From: Lytechinus pictus
Taxonomy: Eukaryota
Direction of reading: 5' to 3'
DNA: 64,000 bases
NCBI RefSeq assembly: GCF_037042905.1
Contig: NC_087251.1
Location: forward strand, 47,494,001-47,558,000
The notes under the pieces: generated by a model
Seen by the model: the letters and a program-made list of their open reading frames with translations, nothing else
Database searches by the model: none
What the model was told of the DNA's origin: nothing
Made by a program: the position numbers and the translations under genes
Shown: piece after piece, positions 13,991-27,565 of the stretch
Layout of the letters: each line of letters begins with the position of its first letter
How positions within the stretch are numbered: the stretch's first letter is position 1

Positions 13991-14313
13991 GATAATCATT
14001 TAATTTAGGCCTAAAGGGAACTGTCTCTTTCAGGTTTATATTTTTATTCAAAATCAGCTTCCTCATTTGCATTTATCCTATTTAATCTATACATCACTGC
14101 ATTAATAGGATTGATTGTGAAAAAAACTGATATGAAAAAACAAGTTCAACATCTAACACTTGAACTTTGTATCAAGCACTGGGAACCCTTTAACATGTAC
14201 AAGGAAAATTTTATCTCTTGTTAAATTTGTTCTTCTTCCTTTTTCTACCTCCATGTTCTAACCACTGTCAAAAGGTAAACCCTTTAAAGTTCATATTTGT
14301 ACATGTAGGCATA

Positions 14314-14762
14314 GAGGCTGTTTTCACTACGTTCCTAAAACTAGTTTAGTGGAAACTAGTGTAACGCGTAGTGAGAATGGTCAAAGCGGTCTTGGAAGCG
14401 ATCTTCCAAACCAGTTTGGAAAACCACCTCGCGATGTAGTTTTCAAGATCGCTTTGCCTCGTTAAACTGGTTTTAGCGTAAGTGAGGACACAACCGTTCT
14501 TCGGGAAGCGATCTTCGCACATTTTGAGTGCGCTTCTCCACACGACAGGTGTAGAACGCCTATGCTGCAGTTTCGAATTTCGCGCGAAACGTGTCACCCC
14601 ACTGAGAGCATTTCCATAGCAACAAGAGCGCTTTACGTGAAGTGATTTTGAAAAACACTTTCGTGTGATCAAGTGGGAACGCTAGCAAAGCGATCTTCCA
14701 AAGTGGTTTCCTGAATCGGTATCCAGTAAACTAGTTTTAGAAAGCGTAATGAGAACGGCCTC
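14314..14762. mobile_element. MITE family A, copy 1
   Basis: About 33-bp imperfect TIR (ggcYgttYtcaYtacg...ctaaaactagttta); ATA on both flanks; further copies at 24.5 and 27.6 kb. Confidence 0.8.
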
Positions 14763-17262
14763 ATATACAGTGGCGGTAACAAGTTTGTGAACCCCCACTA
14801 GAAAATACACTCCTCCTTGCTGAGTGTTGAACGGAGACAACAACACTTGTTAGAGTGACAGGCTTAAACAACAAGCTTAAAATTTTAAACGGTGCTTTTA
14901 CAGTGTTTTTCATGCATATGAATTCTAATGCCTCAAATCGAATGATCGTACGGTGAAATCAAACGGGGTTACGAGTTCTTGATCTGATTTGATTTTGTGC
15001 ATAAGTAGAAATAGCACAAAGGCTATTAAGCCATGGATCACTTGAATAAATTGGAAATGTTGTTTTTGTATCATAGGTTTCATAAAAAGTCCACTGTAGT
15101 GTCATATTATCAATAAGCTTAGTTATCAATACTGAATGATATGTAATAATGTATAAGGAGAGTAGGGTCTGATGTAAATTGATACCCATTCATACCAGTA
15201 TTTCAGCCAATAACCAATCCCACCGCTGCCACTGATTGGCATGCTGTGAGTGTAAGGTTTCGCTAAACCACGGCCTCTCACTCTAAAGTCCCATCAATGA
15301 ATACCCATGAAGGCTTTATGAGTTGCAGTTAACGATGGGTAACACATTAATGAGTAGTAGTGTCATAAACCTGACACACTAATTAAAAGGCAATGATGTG
15401 ATGCAGTCATGTCCAATTTGGCTTGTCCCGGTTATAGATACATGGAAACTCACATGAACTTACAATTGATAATCTTTTTTTCTACTGGTTTTAGTCCTAA
15501 GTGGGTCTGTGTGCATTGTGTGCAATGTATTCAAATCTCACACTTAATGCATAATTATTGCATATCTTTCAATTATCATTATCATAATGGTGTAATTCAT
15601 TTTATGTTTTTAATATTATTGAGGGTCCTGATATATGTAGGATCTTTGACACTGTAAGCCTCTGTAAGCATGGATAAAAAAGTTAACAAAAGTGAGAATA
15701 GCTTCAAGCCATCTTTAATTTTAATGAAGTAATCAAAGAATACCAAAGTCAATAGAGGTGGGAATAATGTCAAGCCGTCTTTTATCAGCAACCGAATGCC
15801 CCCATCTGCTACATACATGTACATGTTCAAACAACTAATTCCATGATAACGAAGTTCCCAGGGAAATACTTTCTTGTAGAAAAAAAAATTCACAGTGAGC
15901 AACATTAGGTGTAAATACTAAATACAGATTAAAATGAAACTTGATTTTTACAATTCCACCACTGTACTACACTCAGATACCTACAATAACTGCAAGATTT
16001 AAGCCTGAAGGAGGAAGATGATACATGAAAAAGAATATTTTTCTTTTCTCAAAAATTGTTCTTTGCTCTAGATTAGATTGCAAGCTTATTAACCTTGATG
16101 GCAGAATTGGCAGGTTGGAAATATGACCACATTTTCTGTATGATCTTGAATTTCATGAGCAGGATTCCTTCCCTTTATCAAGGGTACGAGATGGTGGTTC
16201 TTTGTTGATTATCGGAAAATCCTGTTTCCTTTTCCTGTTCCAAAAAGGTACATAACCTTCATTTCAAGTGATGCTAAGGTGATTATCAAACTGAATATAG
16301 GTCATTGCAATACCTTCAGCAAAACCATTTCAAGTTTTATACAAAAAGAAAAGAAGGGGGGGGGGAAGTTGGAGCAAAAGGTAACAGTAAAACCCATATC
16401 AAAGATTTATTAAAAAAAAAAGGCTTTGCAGATTTATAATGCTCCATTTTAACAATCATCTGAACTGAATGGACATATCTAATATTTTCAAGTTTGATAT
16501 AGAAGGTACATGTGAAAGATGATATACTCAAATTCTGTTAGATTATCTAATTTAGTACAAGAAGGGATCACCTGCCATTTGCAAAGTTGGGCATGACTTT
16601 ATAAATTGGCCCCATCCATAGAAGTGAGTATGGTTAAATTCTTTATTTTTGAAAGGGGATAGATCTAAACCGAAATGCAATGGATCATGTATTGATCTCA
16701 CGGTAATGAATTGTCTTGTCTGTTCGTTCTGACAAGACCTGATTATGCCCATCAGAAATTCCACGACCTGGGTAATAGCACAGATCAAAATGAGATGACA
16801 ATCAGAGTGAAAGTGAGTTAAAATGTGAATTACACATGCATAAGGAACTTGGTAACTTACATGTATCTGCATAAAATTGTTTCCGTCACTTTTCAGACTC
16901 TATCAGAATAAATATCTGTTATCAAGCTTTCAAGTGCTCTGCAATCAACTTTTATTTCAATAGTCCTGTAGTTTTGCCAAATACTCAATCCAAATCTAAG
17001 ATCAAAATACCCATGGAATAAAGGAAGATTGACTCCATGCGGTAACTAGTATGTATAAAAAAAAGGTTATATGTGAACAGAAGCAGTATCAGGGAATGGG
17101 GGGGGGGGGGCGAATTGACCTCAAAGTGATATCAATTTTCTTCTTTTTTTTTTTAACCTCTGGTCATTGTAGAGATAAATGCCCCCCCCCAAAAAAAAAA
17201 AATTCACACCCTTCTTTTTTACATCCCAATTGCTCCATTTTTTTCTTCACAAATAGAGAAAC

Positions 17263-17426
17263 CATACGGGGGGCAGTGAACCCCCACCCGTGGCCCACTG
17301 CCACTACAAGCTGTGCTGTATAGGCTTGTAAAATATATATGCACGGGGGGGGGGGGGGTGTACCCCCATCCGTGGCACACTGCCTCTACAAGCTGTGCTG
17401 TATAGGCTTGTAAAATATATATGCAC
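17263..17426 (+). repeat. Two-copy tandem duplication of about 82 bp
   Basis: ctacaagctgtgctgtataggcttgtaaaatatatatgcac occurs twice identically. Confidence 0.9.
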
Positions 17427-20400
17427 ATATTGGTTCTGACACACATTCGGGAGTAAACATTAATGTACTGATTCAACATCCACATGAATAAAAAAAGATT
17501 TTCGTTCTCACAAAATCGTTGCAGAGGCAATGGCTATATGGTCACACGGAATAATTTTCCAGGTATTGCATCGCAAATATTGCTCCACATTTTTTTATGA
17601 CAGACTGCTACACAAAATTTTTGTTTAGCAATTTTATTATAGGTCTATAGTAGTTGAAATCTTTTCTCGTACATCAAGAAAGCCTAATCAAAATATTGCA
17701 AATTATAAAACATTCCCTTATCTCCCTGTACTTAGTCATTATATTTTGGATAGCTCTATGCACCAAGGATGTAAAAAAATCAATAAAAACACCTTTATAT
17801 GACAAAACAGCACTATAGAAGCACAGAATAGCTTGATTAGATGGATGCATGATCCTGAGCCCACATCCATCCCTCTCATCAACTTCATCCATTAAAGATC
17901 AGAGTTCATTGACACCGTAGGTAGCTGTCATTAACCAGTAAGGGGTCTACGCTCGATGAGCAGAAGTCACATAATATCTTCCATTACTGTCAAACTTCAT
18001 GTCAGTGCATGGACATACAATTCAGAATTTCATCTCACATGAGGGCAATAAGGATCCCCAATATAGCTGTTTTGACAATTGTAATATCAACACAAAGTAG
18101 CCCCTGACAGGTTTTTTATTAATTTTTCATCCACTCAGGACCCATTTTTTTATCCAAACCTATCTTTTAAATTCACATACATGTTATTCATAACTGGTCA
18201 TGACCCAAACATGCAGCTCATGAATCCTGATGAGAGGTAAACTACGTTCTTCAGCTGACCAGACAATTCTATAATCCCTCATAATCCAATTATGCATCCC
18301 CACTATGTATTATGTAACCATCATTAATGTTTCATTAATTATTGTTTAACTCAGCATGGTGCACACAGATTTTATTACTAGCAACTGCTCTAATTTCTAG
18401 CCTCCTGATGCAAGGACTTATTCATCTAGCCCCCCCCCCCCACTTGCCAGGCCCAGCCCCCACCCCCCCAAAAAAAAATTAATAAACAAATAATTTATGA
18501 TTGGTAACATGCAAACTAGTGATCTGCTACAATGTTTTATCATTTTATATCTTATCTTATATTATTTTTGTTTTGTTTGTATGTTTGTTTTATCTTCAAT
18601 ATTTTGCTATAATGTTTTATATATCTTCCTTCGTTTTTTATGTTCTTATATTAATTTCATCAAGGGGCCCCTTGCACAAGCTCTGCTTCTATGGGGTCCC
18701 AAACCTTTCATATTATATTCTCATTGCCAACCTTTGTACTAAATATTTATATTATATCACTTGATTGGTTTGAATTAACTTATATCACTTATATCACGTA
18801 AGTATGATTTATATCATTTTTTCTCACATGGCTGGACTCCTTGTGCAACATTTAAATTCATAGAAGAATTTTGAATACAAAGATACAATGGAATTCTTTT
18901 AGAAATTAATTCAAAGAAGTAATTTTATACTAAATATTCATTAAATGCCTGTAAATTCTGGAAAATCTTAATTTTGGATGAAACGATGGTCAGTAAACCA
19001 ATTCCATATTTTTTCAAGCAATAAATTCAAATAATAAACAGGTCCATCTTTATCTTGCCCTCTGAATTCTGAAATTCAAGATGCTAGAAAATAATGAACC
19101 CAGCCCCACTGCCCCCTCCACTACCCCCCCCCCCCCTTCTCTCTCTCTCTCTCCCTCTTCCTCTCTCTCTCTCCAAGGTATGTGAGGATTCAACTGGTAA
19201 AGTAGCAGCTAATCTATGAAAAAAAATCCCAAGAAGATTCCATCTTTAAAGAATTAACGATGCAATCAGATGCAATCATGTGGAGTGGACGAAACAATGA
19301 GCTCTGTATGCTCGATAGATAGACCTACAGCATACGAGGCATACCATCATGTAACACATTTGTTTCTCACATTAGTAATTGGTCTACATTGGTGACTGAC
19401 GAAGGACCAGGGTCCCCTCTCACAAAAGAGCTGTGATCGATTCCATCGATATCTTCCATCGATCTCAAATATGGAAAACCAACAATGTCATAATTCTTAA
19501 TATACAGGAAATGTACACGTTACTGTAGAAGCAAAGAGAAAAACACTAATTTAATTTGTCGAGGCAATGATGCATCTAAGACCATGCATGCTTTAATAGA
19601 AAGAACTTTGAATGAATGTACATGTATGCATTTATGGCGTTGTTGGCTTTGCATAGTTGTCATTGATCGGATCTATTGCAGCCCCATGGTAAGACTGGGT
19701 CCAGGTATTCTATCAAAGGTACTCTCATGGATGTCAAGCCAGATAAACAACCTTTTCACACTCAATAGTGATGAATGAGCCACTGCCAACTGAAGATCAT
19801 CCATCTGCTCTGGCTGCTAATTTATCAAAGGAGTGAAACAACGTCGCCATTATACACCGTTTTCTCTGCTTGTGAGGCATTTTTATGAATTGAAGAATAG
19901 TATGCTGTGTATAATGGTTCTATTCATAATACGTATTGAGCTTCTAGTATTAGTATTAAAGTTTATTAGATAACTAGAAAAAAAAATCAATACCAAAGAT
20001 GAGTTATACCAACTGCTCTTTATGATAAAAATGGCCTTATGTGGGGAACATACAAAAGTGAAAGTTGCATTTTCCCTAATTCATTGCAATAATATGCAAT
20101 TACCATTTGTAACGCAGTACCTGGGACAATCATAACTGTGTCTAGCTTGCCTTTTACTCCAGGATCAATGTGATTGCCAACTTGTATCATGGGCACTGGG
20201 CTATAAACCGAGGAAGTAGTTTGATTTGCAAGATTTGCAAAAGGACAGACGGACAGACTGACTAAACTAATAGTGATTATAATACCCCCCCCCCCCCTTC
20301 AAACTTCATTCAGCTGCTGTATAAAAGAAAGGTTTAGGGCTTGGGTTAAGTCTCGGTAAGGGTTAGTCTAGGTAAAGGCAATAGGAATCTGAATCAAGGT

Positions 20401-21034
20401 TGAAAGAATTCATAACGAAGGTTCATTCACAGTACAAGGTGTGACCATGAAGCTACCTCCATGGTGTGACTGTAGATGAAGTGCATAAAACAAAACTAAA
20501 AACTTTTAACAAATGATGAAATGCAAAAACAATTTATACACTGAAAAAGTACCCAAAAACGGTAAGTTGAGAAGAATAAAGATTAAAACTAATCCTAATA
20601 ATCATTGATCCACCAATCTAAAAGTTACTACCAACTTTATCATGAAATAATATGGCAGAAATGACCTTGACACAAATCATGTATCAAGGATAAAAAAGAA
20701 TGTTGTCACATTACATATAGAGAACAGTTAAATCCCTCTGTCAAACAGTCAAGGATTTGATGCAACACATAGACAAAAAGTCAAACAAGACATTGTTCTT
20801 CCCCTCTGGCTTCAAAACAAAACATCATAAGGAACGCTAAAATGTTCAGAGTGTCAACTGAAAATAAAAACCCTACATTTTGACCCTAAAGTATCTACTT
20901 ACTAATGAAACAATCTACAAACTCATTAATAAACACCGGTACTTTCACAATACGAATTCTTTTCTATTTTGGTATTAAAGTTCCACAGTAAGGTCTCAAA
21001 ACTTTCTTCCAAGACAAACAAAAACAAAACTTAC

Positions 21035-21160
21035 TGCTAGGATTTTGATCTTTTCCTGCAGGTTTGTATCCACCGTATCGAGCCTCCTGTTGAGCGCTGC
21101 GATGGCCGCCCAGATAGCATTCAGGGCATCTTGTAAAGAATACTGGCTATTGGCAGCCAT
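21035..21160 (-). CDS. Gene 1, alternative first coding exon (42 aa, MAANSQYSLQDALNAIWAAIAALNRRLDTVDTNLQEKIKILA), amphipathic/coiled-coil-like
   Basis: acaaccATGG Kozak context, 126 nt open, consensus GCA|GTAAGT donor in phase 0, heptad-spaced hydrophobics; too short for the supplied ORF track. Confidence 0.75.
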
Positions 21161-22589
21161 GGTTGTTGCCTTTCATGTAACCACACAAAAGCCTCAAGTT
21201 TAAAACAGAGAGATGGCGGCTTTCAACAAGGTACACAGGTTGAGTGCGGAAAGAATGAAGAGGATACCAGCTAGTGATTGGCAAACGGTAAAGATAGGCC
21301 CAAGTGAATCGCTCTGAATGCCAGGGTCTGGATATCTTTGATAGACTAACAGGCAGCGGCAGGCAGCGGGAGAAGCTCCAATTATTTTTCATACAATATT
21401 TTTCTTTCTCTCAACTCCACTCTCACTCACTCTCTCATTGGCTTGTCTTGTTCTCTTCATGAAGTTGACAAATGAGTTCTCTAAGGGTGGGGGGGGGGTT
21501 GGGTGCTTATACATCCCGAGAGAGGTGCAGTGCCGTATGGCTACAAGTTGAGGTTGAGGGTCCCATTTGGGTCATGTGACGATGATGTCATTGCTCAAAC
21601 TCTCGCCCGAACTGTGAAGCTAACAGTGGGAAGCAGCATGGCTTTGGGGAGCATGTGAATATGAGAATGTGTGGTTCGATTCCTTGAGGTATGATTACGC
21701 TTCAAGGGGATACAATCCATACTCTTAATTCAATTTCTAAAAGTAACTCCAACATTCCACAACTTTTCTTGACAGAGAGTGATCCTCCAACACTTTGTTC
21801 GGATCAACAGCAAGATCTCGAGTGGATATCACTAAAAGAAACAGGGATAAAGCTCCTTATAAATCTACTCTCTTGAAAACTTGAAGCTTAAAAATAATTC
21901 ATGATCTTCAGAACTTCCTCCATGTCCTTAGGCATGGGTCTTTCTTCTGTCCCCATTCTAAATGTCAAATACTTGGCACATGATCTCCAATAATTGCACA
22001 CTATTAAGATCATCTACAACCTACATCAGTGACAAATATAGTACTCCCTTAACACTAGCAGCCCAAGTAACCTTCAAGTACCTCCTATAATAAAGGTCAT
22101 TAAGGTGAAATTAAATTTTGACCCAAGAAATAACTAACAAATACCATAACTGGACTAAAACTGGTGCACAAATAATTCTTTAACCATTTTTCTTTCATTT
22201 GGCTTGAAATCCTAATCAATTATCAAGCTGTCCCTATTCCATGAAAGAAACACATTAATCCTATATGACTATAAGTATAATATACAGCTTTAACAAAACT
22301 GTCCCTATCGAAGAGCCAACTTGACATAGTCACTGAAACATACATGTATCTGCTGATGTGTTTCATAAAAAATATAGCCTAACTCCATCTTTGCTTCAAT
22401 ATATAATGAAAACTAAATGAAGGAGAATGAACCAATCAAAATTACAACTAACACCACAATGGAGGTCAATCTGCCATAGGTGATGATTTGCTGGTAAGTC
22501 AAAGTCACCTTGTAATACTTTACCATCTTCAGTAGATAGCAGGTCAAATGAACTCTGACCTGAGCCAAAGGTCCGGGTTTATATTCATT

Positions 22590-23120
22590 TGGTCAACAAG
22601 CAGTTGGCCTACTCAGATGGTCTAATACCACATGGGCTAAACCCATTTGGTCTACTATCACTTTGGTCTAATTACTGTTTGGCCTACTGTACACTACACT
22701 TGGTCTAATACACACTCGTCTCATTCTCATTTAGTCTAATGGCCAGATTGTCTAATCTCCACTTTATCTGATGATCATTTTGCGATTTGTGATATGAAAA
22801 TTTGATTCATAAGCAGTTCGTCCAACCACACAGACGAGGTGGTGATAGACCAACTGGATATTAGACAAAATGGGTATAGTCTAACTGGGAATAAGACAAA
22901 ATGGTGAATGGGCTAAATGGGATTTAAACAAAATGGTTATAGTAGACAAACTGGTCATAGACAAATTAGGATTAGACCATGTGGGAGGAGACCAAGCAGG
23001 CGTAGACCAAGTAGCAATTTACCTCTCATAAATAATCCCTATTCTAACTAGGATTAGACCCTGCGGGATGAGACCAAACTGGTAAGTAGACAAAGCGGGT
23101 GTAGAACAAGAGGCAATTCA
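22590..23120. repeat. Fold-back repeat of ttggtctaa / ttagaccaa subunits; fragments also near 36155-36220 and 59298-59470
   Basis: Many about 18-20 bp subunits that switch orientation near 22830. Confidence 0.6.
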
Positions 23121-24528
23121 TGTGGTCAGAACTCTGGCTTTTCACGTAAAGTCACAGACAGTGAAAAGCAAAAAAAATTAGCATGCATGGTATTCCTGTG
23201 TCAAACTGCATTTTACAAATTACCAATGCAATGAGTGGTTCACAACACTCATTCTGCCTTCAAAGCATGAAGAGAAGACGTCCATAGAATTAGAAATGAC
23301 CTTTACAGGCAGCCCTGTATTGAAGTGTAGATGTGTTTATGGAGGAGCGGGCTGTCAACTGGGCATTGGGCAGAGGCACGCAGAGCCGGTAAAACCAAGA
23401 TAAACACTTCCAGACAATGATAGATCTATTACATACATGAGATAATAGATAGTATTTCAATGGATGTATACCCAGTTGAAGTGATGATTGGTGTCTTGGT
23501 CAAGGAGAAATGTCAGTGTTTGGTATACGCTGTAAGCAATTTACATTGAAAATACTCCAACACATATCCCCAGACAATTTGTAATTTTTATATTTTAGGG
23601 GGACACTTTGCACAATCTATTCCTGAAATCTGCAACATTGGATAAGCATTATAAGCTTTTAAAATTGCATTGAATAGGGATTTCTGGGGCCCTTTTTTCA
23701 TTTTCCAGGGCTTGTTTGATCAATCACCTACACCCTGTGTGTTTTCCCCCTGGTATCCCCATGATATGATGGTGGATGTGTGATTAATCTGAAACAACAA
23801 ATCTGGCAAAAGAATATATTTTTAAAGAACATTTGAAAGGCATAGTTTTTACATGATTTTTCCTGTATAGCAGTGATTTTTATAAAAATAACATAAAAAA
23901 ACATATGAAATACAATGGGTGTGCACACAATCGTGTTTTCCGAAAAGGTGAACCATATCAACTCGTGTAAGAAGATTTAGAATATCCCTACATGTTGAAT
24001 GTTGCAAAACTCAAAGACTTGAATGCCAGTTTGCTTCTAGTATGTATTATTCAAGTTTCATAACATCTGCTCACTCTCTGTAGACATAATTAGAAACCCA
24101 TTTTGTTTCAAGAAAAGAAAAATGTCCATGAGATTCATGTCTTACGGAAATCTATGTAAATTTTTGGTATGTTGTCATTTTGTGTAATTTTTTACAAGCA
24201 TTTTGCAATAGAAATTGACGCTTTCAGGCATTTTGAATAACAACCTTTTTTCCTTAGCTACTAGAGGGCCCATTACAAAAAGGTTAGCGATTAATTCTAT
24301 GCTTGATTTTCCCAATTAATTGTACAATGTAGTCAATGCAATCAATCATGAAAATTTATTATATAATGATTGCTAAGCTTTGTGTTATGGGCCCCTTGTC
24401 TCCTTGTCCAATCAATGACATCACTTCATTGACTTCACAGTAGCTCTCTATCAATGCTTTAAGCTGTCAGGTCAAAACAATGGCTGCAACTCATTTGTCA
24501 TTTGGAAGTCATTCCTCAATGCCATTAA

Positions 24529-24922
24529 GACACCGTTCTCACTACCTTCCTAAAACATGTTTATTGGAAATTAGTTAAACATGTAGTGAGAACGGTTGAA
24601 GCGATCTTGGAAGCGATCTTCCAAACCGATTCAGAAATCTACTTTGCGATGTAGTTTCAAGATCACTTTGCCTTGTTAAACTGGTTTTAGCGTGAGGACA
24701 CAACCGTTCTTTGGGAAGCGATATTCGCACATTTTGAGCGTGCTACTCCACACAACAGGTGTAGAATGCCTACGCTGCAATTTCAAATCGCTTTATGTGA
24801 AGTTATTTTGAAAACCACTTTCATGTGATCAAGTGAGAACGCTAGCAAAGCGATCTTCCAAACTGGTTTCCTGAATTGATTTCCAGTAAACTAGTTTTAG
24901 AAAGCGTAATGAGAACAGCCTC
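24529..24922. mobile_element. MITE family A, copy 2
   Basis: Colinear with 14314-14762 with an internal deletion. Confidence 0.8.
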
Positions 24923-25719
24923 CTAGCCTCTCTGACCAAATGGCCTTCCCAGACCCACTCTCTTGCATAACAGTGACGCATACATACCTTGCCAGTCATC
25001 TTCTATGAGAAGACCAATGACACATACAAATGACACCCCAATAATGCTGCCGTATGTGTACCTCTAGCTCCAAAACACAATCTCCACAAGTTTAATTAAG
25101 ACCAGGGAGTTGGAGGTAGACACAGATTTCTCACAAAATGAATACCTACTAGGAACTGGCATACGAATTGGGTGGGGGGCAGGGCTTGGGGCCTCTAAAA
25201 GTTCTTTAACCAGGAAGGAAAAAAAGAGAAAAGCACACGAAAAAGGGTGAATATGATAATCATTTTTTTAATATAATGCCAAGATCTATCCCAAAATTAG
25301 ATTTTCATTGATTGAGGTAAAATTTTCATTCACTATGCATTGATTTTTTAAAGAAATTTTGCCCTATACCCTACATTATGGGGCTATAAATTAAGCTAAT
25401 TAGTATTATATTCAGGAAAGCGGTAAGGCCTATATAGTATAGGTATTATTAGCAGATACAGGTAGAGAAGAACCTCTTCAATATGGACAGACATTTCTGG
25501 TCTTGTGACGCTGCTCTGGCAAGCTGCCCGCTTTGGTGGGCATAAACAAGGAAAGTTAGCTTCGCAGAAAATGAAATGGGGCTTCACAGTTGCCATCCTT
25601 CGTGATTTTATCTGCTGGCTGGTGGAGGGCAGATAGAGAGAGAGTATAGGGTAATGGCCTACACGTATGTATACATGCTCTAGTATACATACCCTTGTCT
25701 ATAATTGTTTTATTATTAA

Positions 25720-25989
25720 AGGGCAAGTCTACCAAACAAAAAGTTTATTTGAATAAAGAGAGAAAAATAAAACAACCATAACAATGAAAATTTCATCAAA
25801 ATTGGAAGCAAAATAAGAAAATTATGACATTTTAATTTTTTCTTAATTTAACCAGTTTATGTATGCACATCCTGGTCCGTATGTCAGAACTTTCTGATTT
25901 TAAATCTGATTTTGATAAACTCTTTTCAGCTTGTTTGAATTTTTCTCTCGAGATTAAAATCTTCTTTTTTTCTGGCGTGGACTTGACCT
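25720..25989. mobile_element. Kolobok-like MITE, internally deleted relative of 52224-52822
   Basis: ttaaagggcaagtctacc ... gtggacttgacct termini. Confidence 0.6.
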
Positions 25990-26854
25990 TCAATGTAAGT
26001 GGGAATCATACACTGTTTTTTTTAGTATAATACGACACATGGAAGATTAAGAAAGATAATAATAATTGGATTTATATAGCGCTGATTGCTCTTGAAGATA
26101 CCAGTATGGTATAAAAAAAGAAAACTTTAAAATGTTACTGCATAATGGATATCATAATCACACATTCTGAAGTCATAAAGTAAAATTGTTTTTTTTTCAT
26201 ACCAGGAACACTGCTGTAATCATAGTGATAAAAGTAATCAAAATATTTAATTTAAAAAAGAAAGAAAAATCATAAAGAGGATAAATAAATACAGGAACTA
26301 ATGCTATGCTTCAATCACTGCTTTACGACCATTAGAGCTGCCATTCCAAGGCAAATTTGCCTTTACAAATCACATTATATTGATAATTGCATTTGGCGGT
26401 TACTATTGAATATGATTCCTAATAATAGTCAGATAGGTCTACATGAAAATATTACTCTGAAATAAAAATTCATTACATAGGCCTTGGCGCACGATTAGCC
26501 TACCATCAACTTTTGTTGAGCATGGACAGTTTTGTAATGAGATATCTTTTATGCCTATTATAAGTAAAATCATGTGATTTTCAAGGAATGGATTCAAGCC
26601 GGAGATAGACCAAAATATTTATCTTTGCAAATATGCATGTAAACTGCGATTGAACAGTTTTATCCAACTTTACCTGTACATCTGCGGCATGTGTGAGCTT
26701 GTTGTTCCCTTCCATTGAAAATGAAGAAAAAAGATGATTAATTCTTTAATATAAATAACTGAGATGACCAAAGTGTTATTTCGCAAGAACAGAGGGAGTC
26801 TCCCTTGTGCCGTTGTTGTGGTCGTTGAAACAAGATTTGAATGAAAAATCCTAC

Positions 26855-27103
26855 CTCATTTCTACCACCTTCATCACCCTTTTTTGCCAACCCATTGATG
26901 GCTAACATTGGGCTCTTCTGATTGGTCGAACCCTCGCTCCTCGAAAAACAAAAAAAAATGGAGCAAACTTTTTTTCTTCTTCCTCGAGAAAACGCCGGCT
27001 GATTACCTAATTGGCGTTTGCCTGCAGTACAAGGGAACTGAGTAAGACACATGCTGTTCTTTAATAATAGAAGAATCCAAACAGAATTCACACAGCATTG
27101 CAT
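26855..27103 (-). CDS. Gene 1, candidate alternative coding exon (MQCCVNS...KKGDEGGRNE, up to 83 aa)
   Basis: Open frame ending at GAG|GTAGGA donor in phase 0, matching exon 11247-11417; 5' boundary uncertain because an internal acceptor-like ttcccttgtactgcag lies near 27022. Confidence 0.4.
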
Positions 27104-27565
27104 TCCTACAATTCTTCCAGGTTAGTTTCATTATAGTCGTAATGAAAATGATGCTGACGTCTTGCTGCGGCCAACAAGCCGCCTGTATTTTTCTTTCACT
27201 ACTCATCTTTATTTAGTTTGTAACAAACACTTTCTAAATTTCTACATATTGTTGATATTGTTGAAGTCCAGAACATTACAAAAACTAGGTTAGGTAGGGC
27301 TGAAGAGAGGCTCGGTGCATTCGAATGCTTGGGAGATGATTTTGATATTCCTGTCATATTTGCTGCTGAATATTATGATACCTGAACAGCTGACAAATCA
27401 AGTGATATAATATGATAGGTCTTTGGTTTATGAGAAATGGAATGATTTGAAAAGCTCCCATAATACACTCTTCACATGAACCTGTATTACATCAAAGAAA
27501 GGTACATGTACAAGTAGGACTACACTTAACTACAGGTAGACTCCTAGATTGATTAGTGCAACTAA

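Noticed and set aside
14767..16900. TA|CAGTG start suggesting a Tc1 transposon
   Set aside because: No matching right TIR and no recognisable transposase reading found
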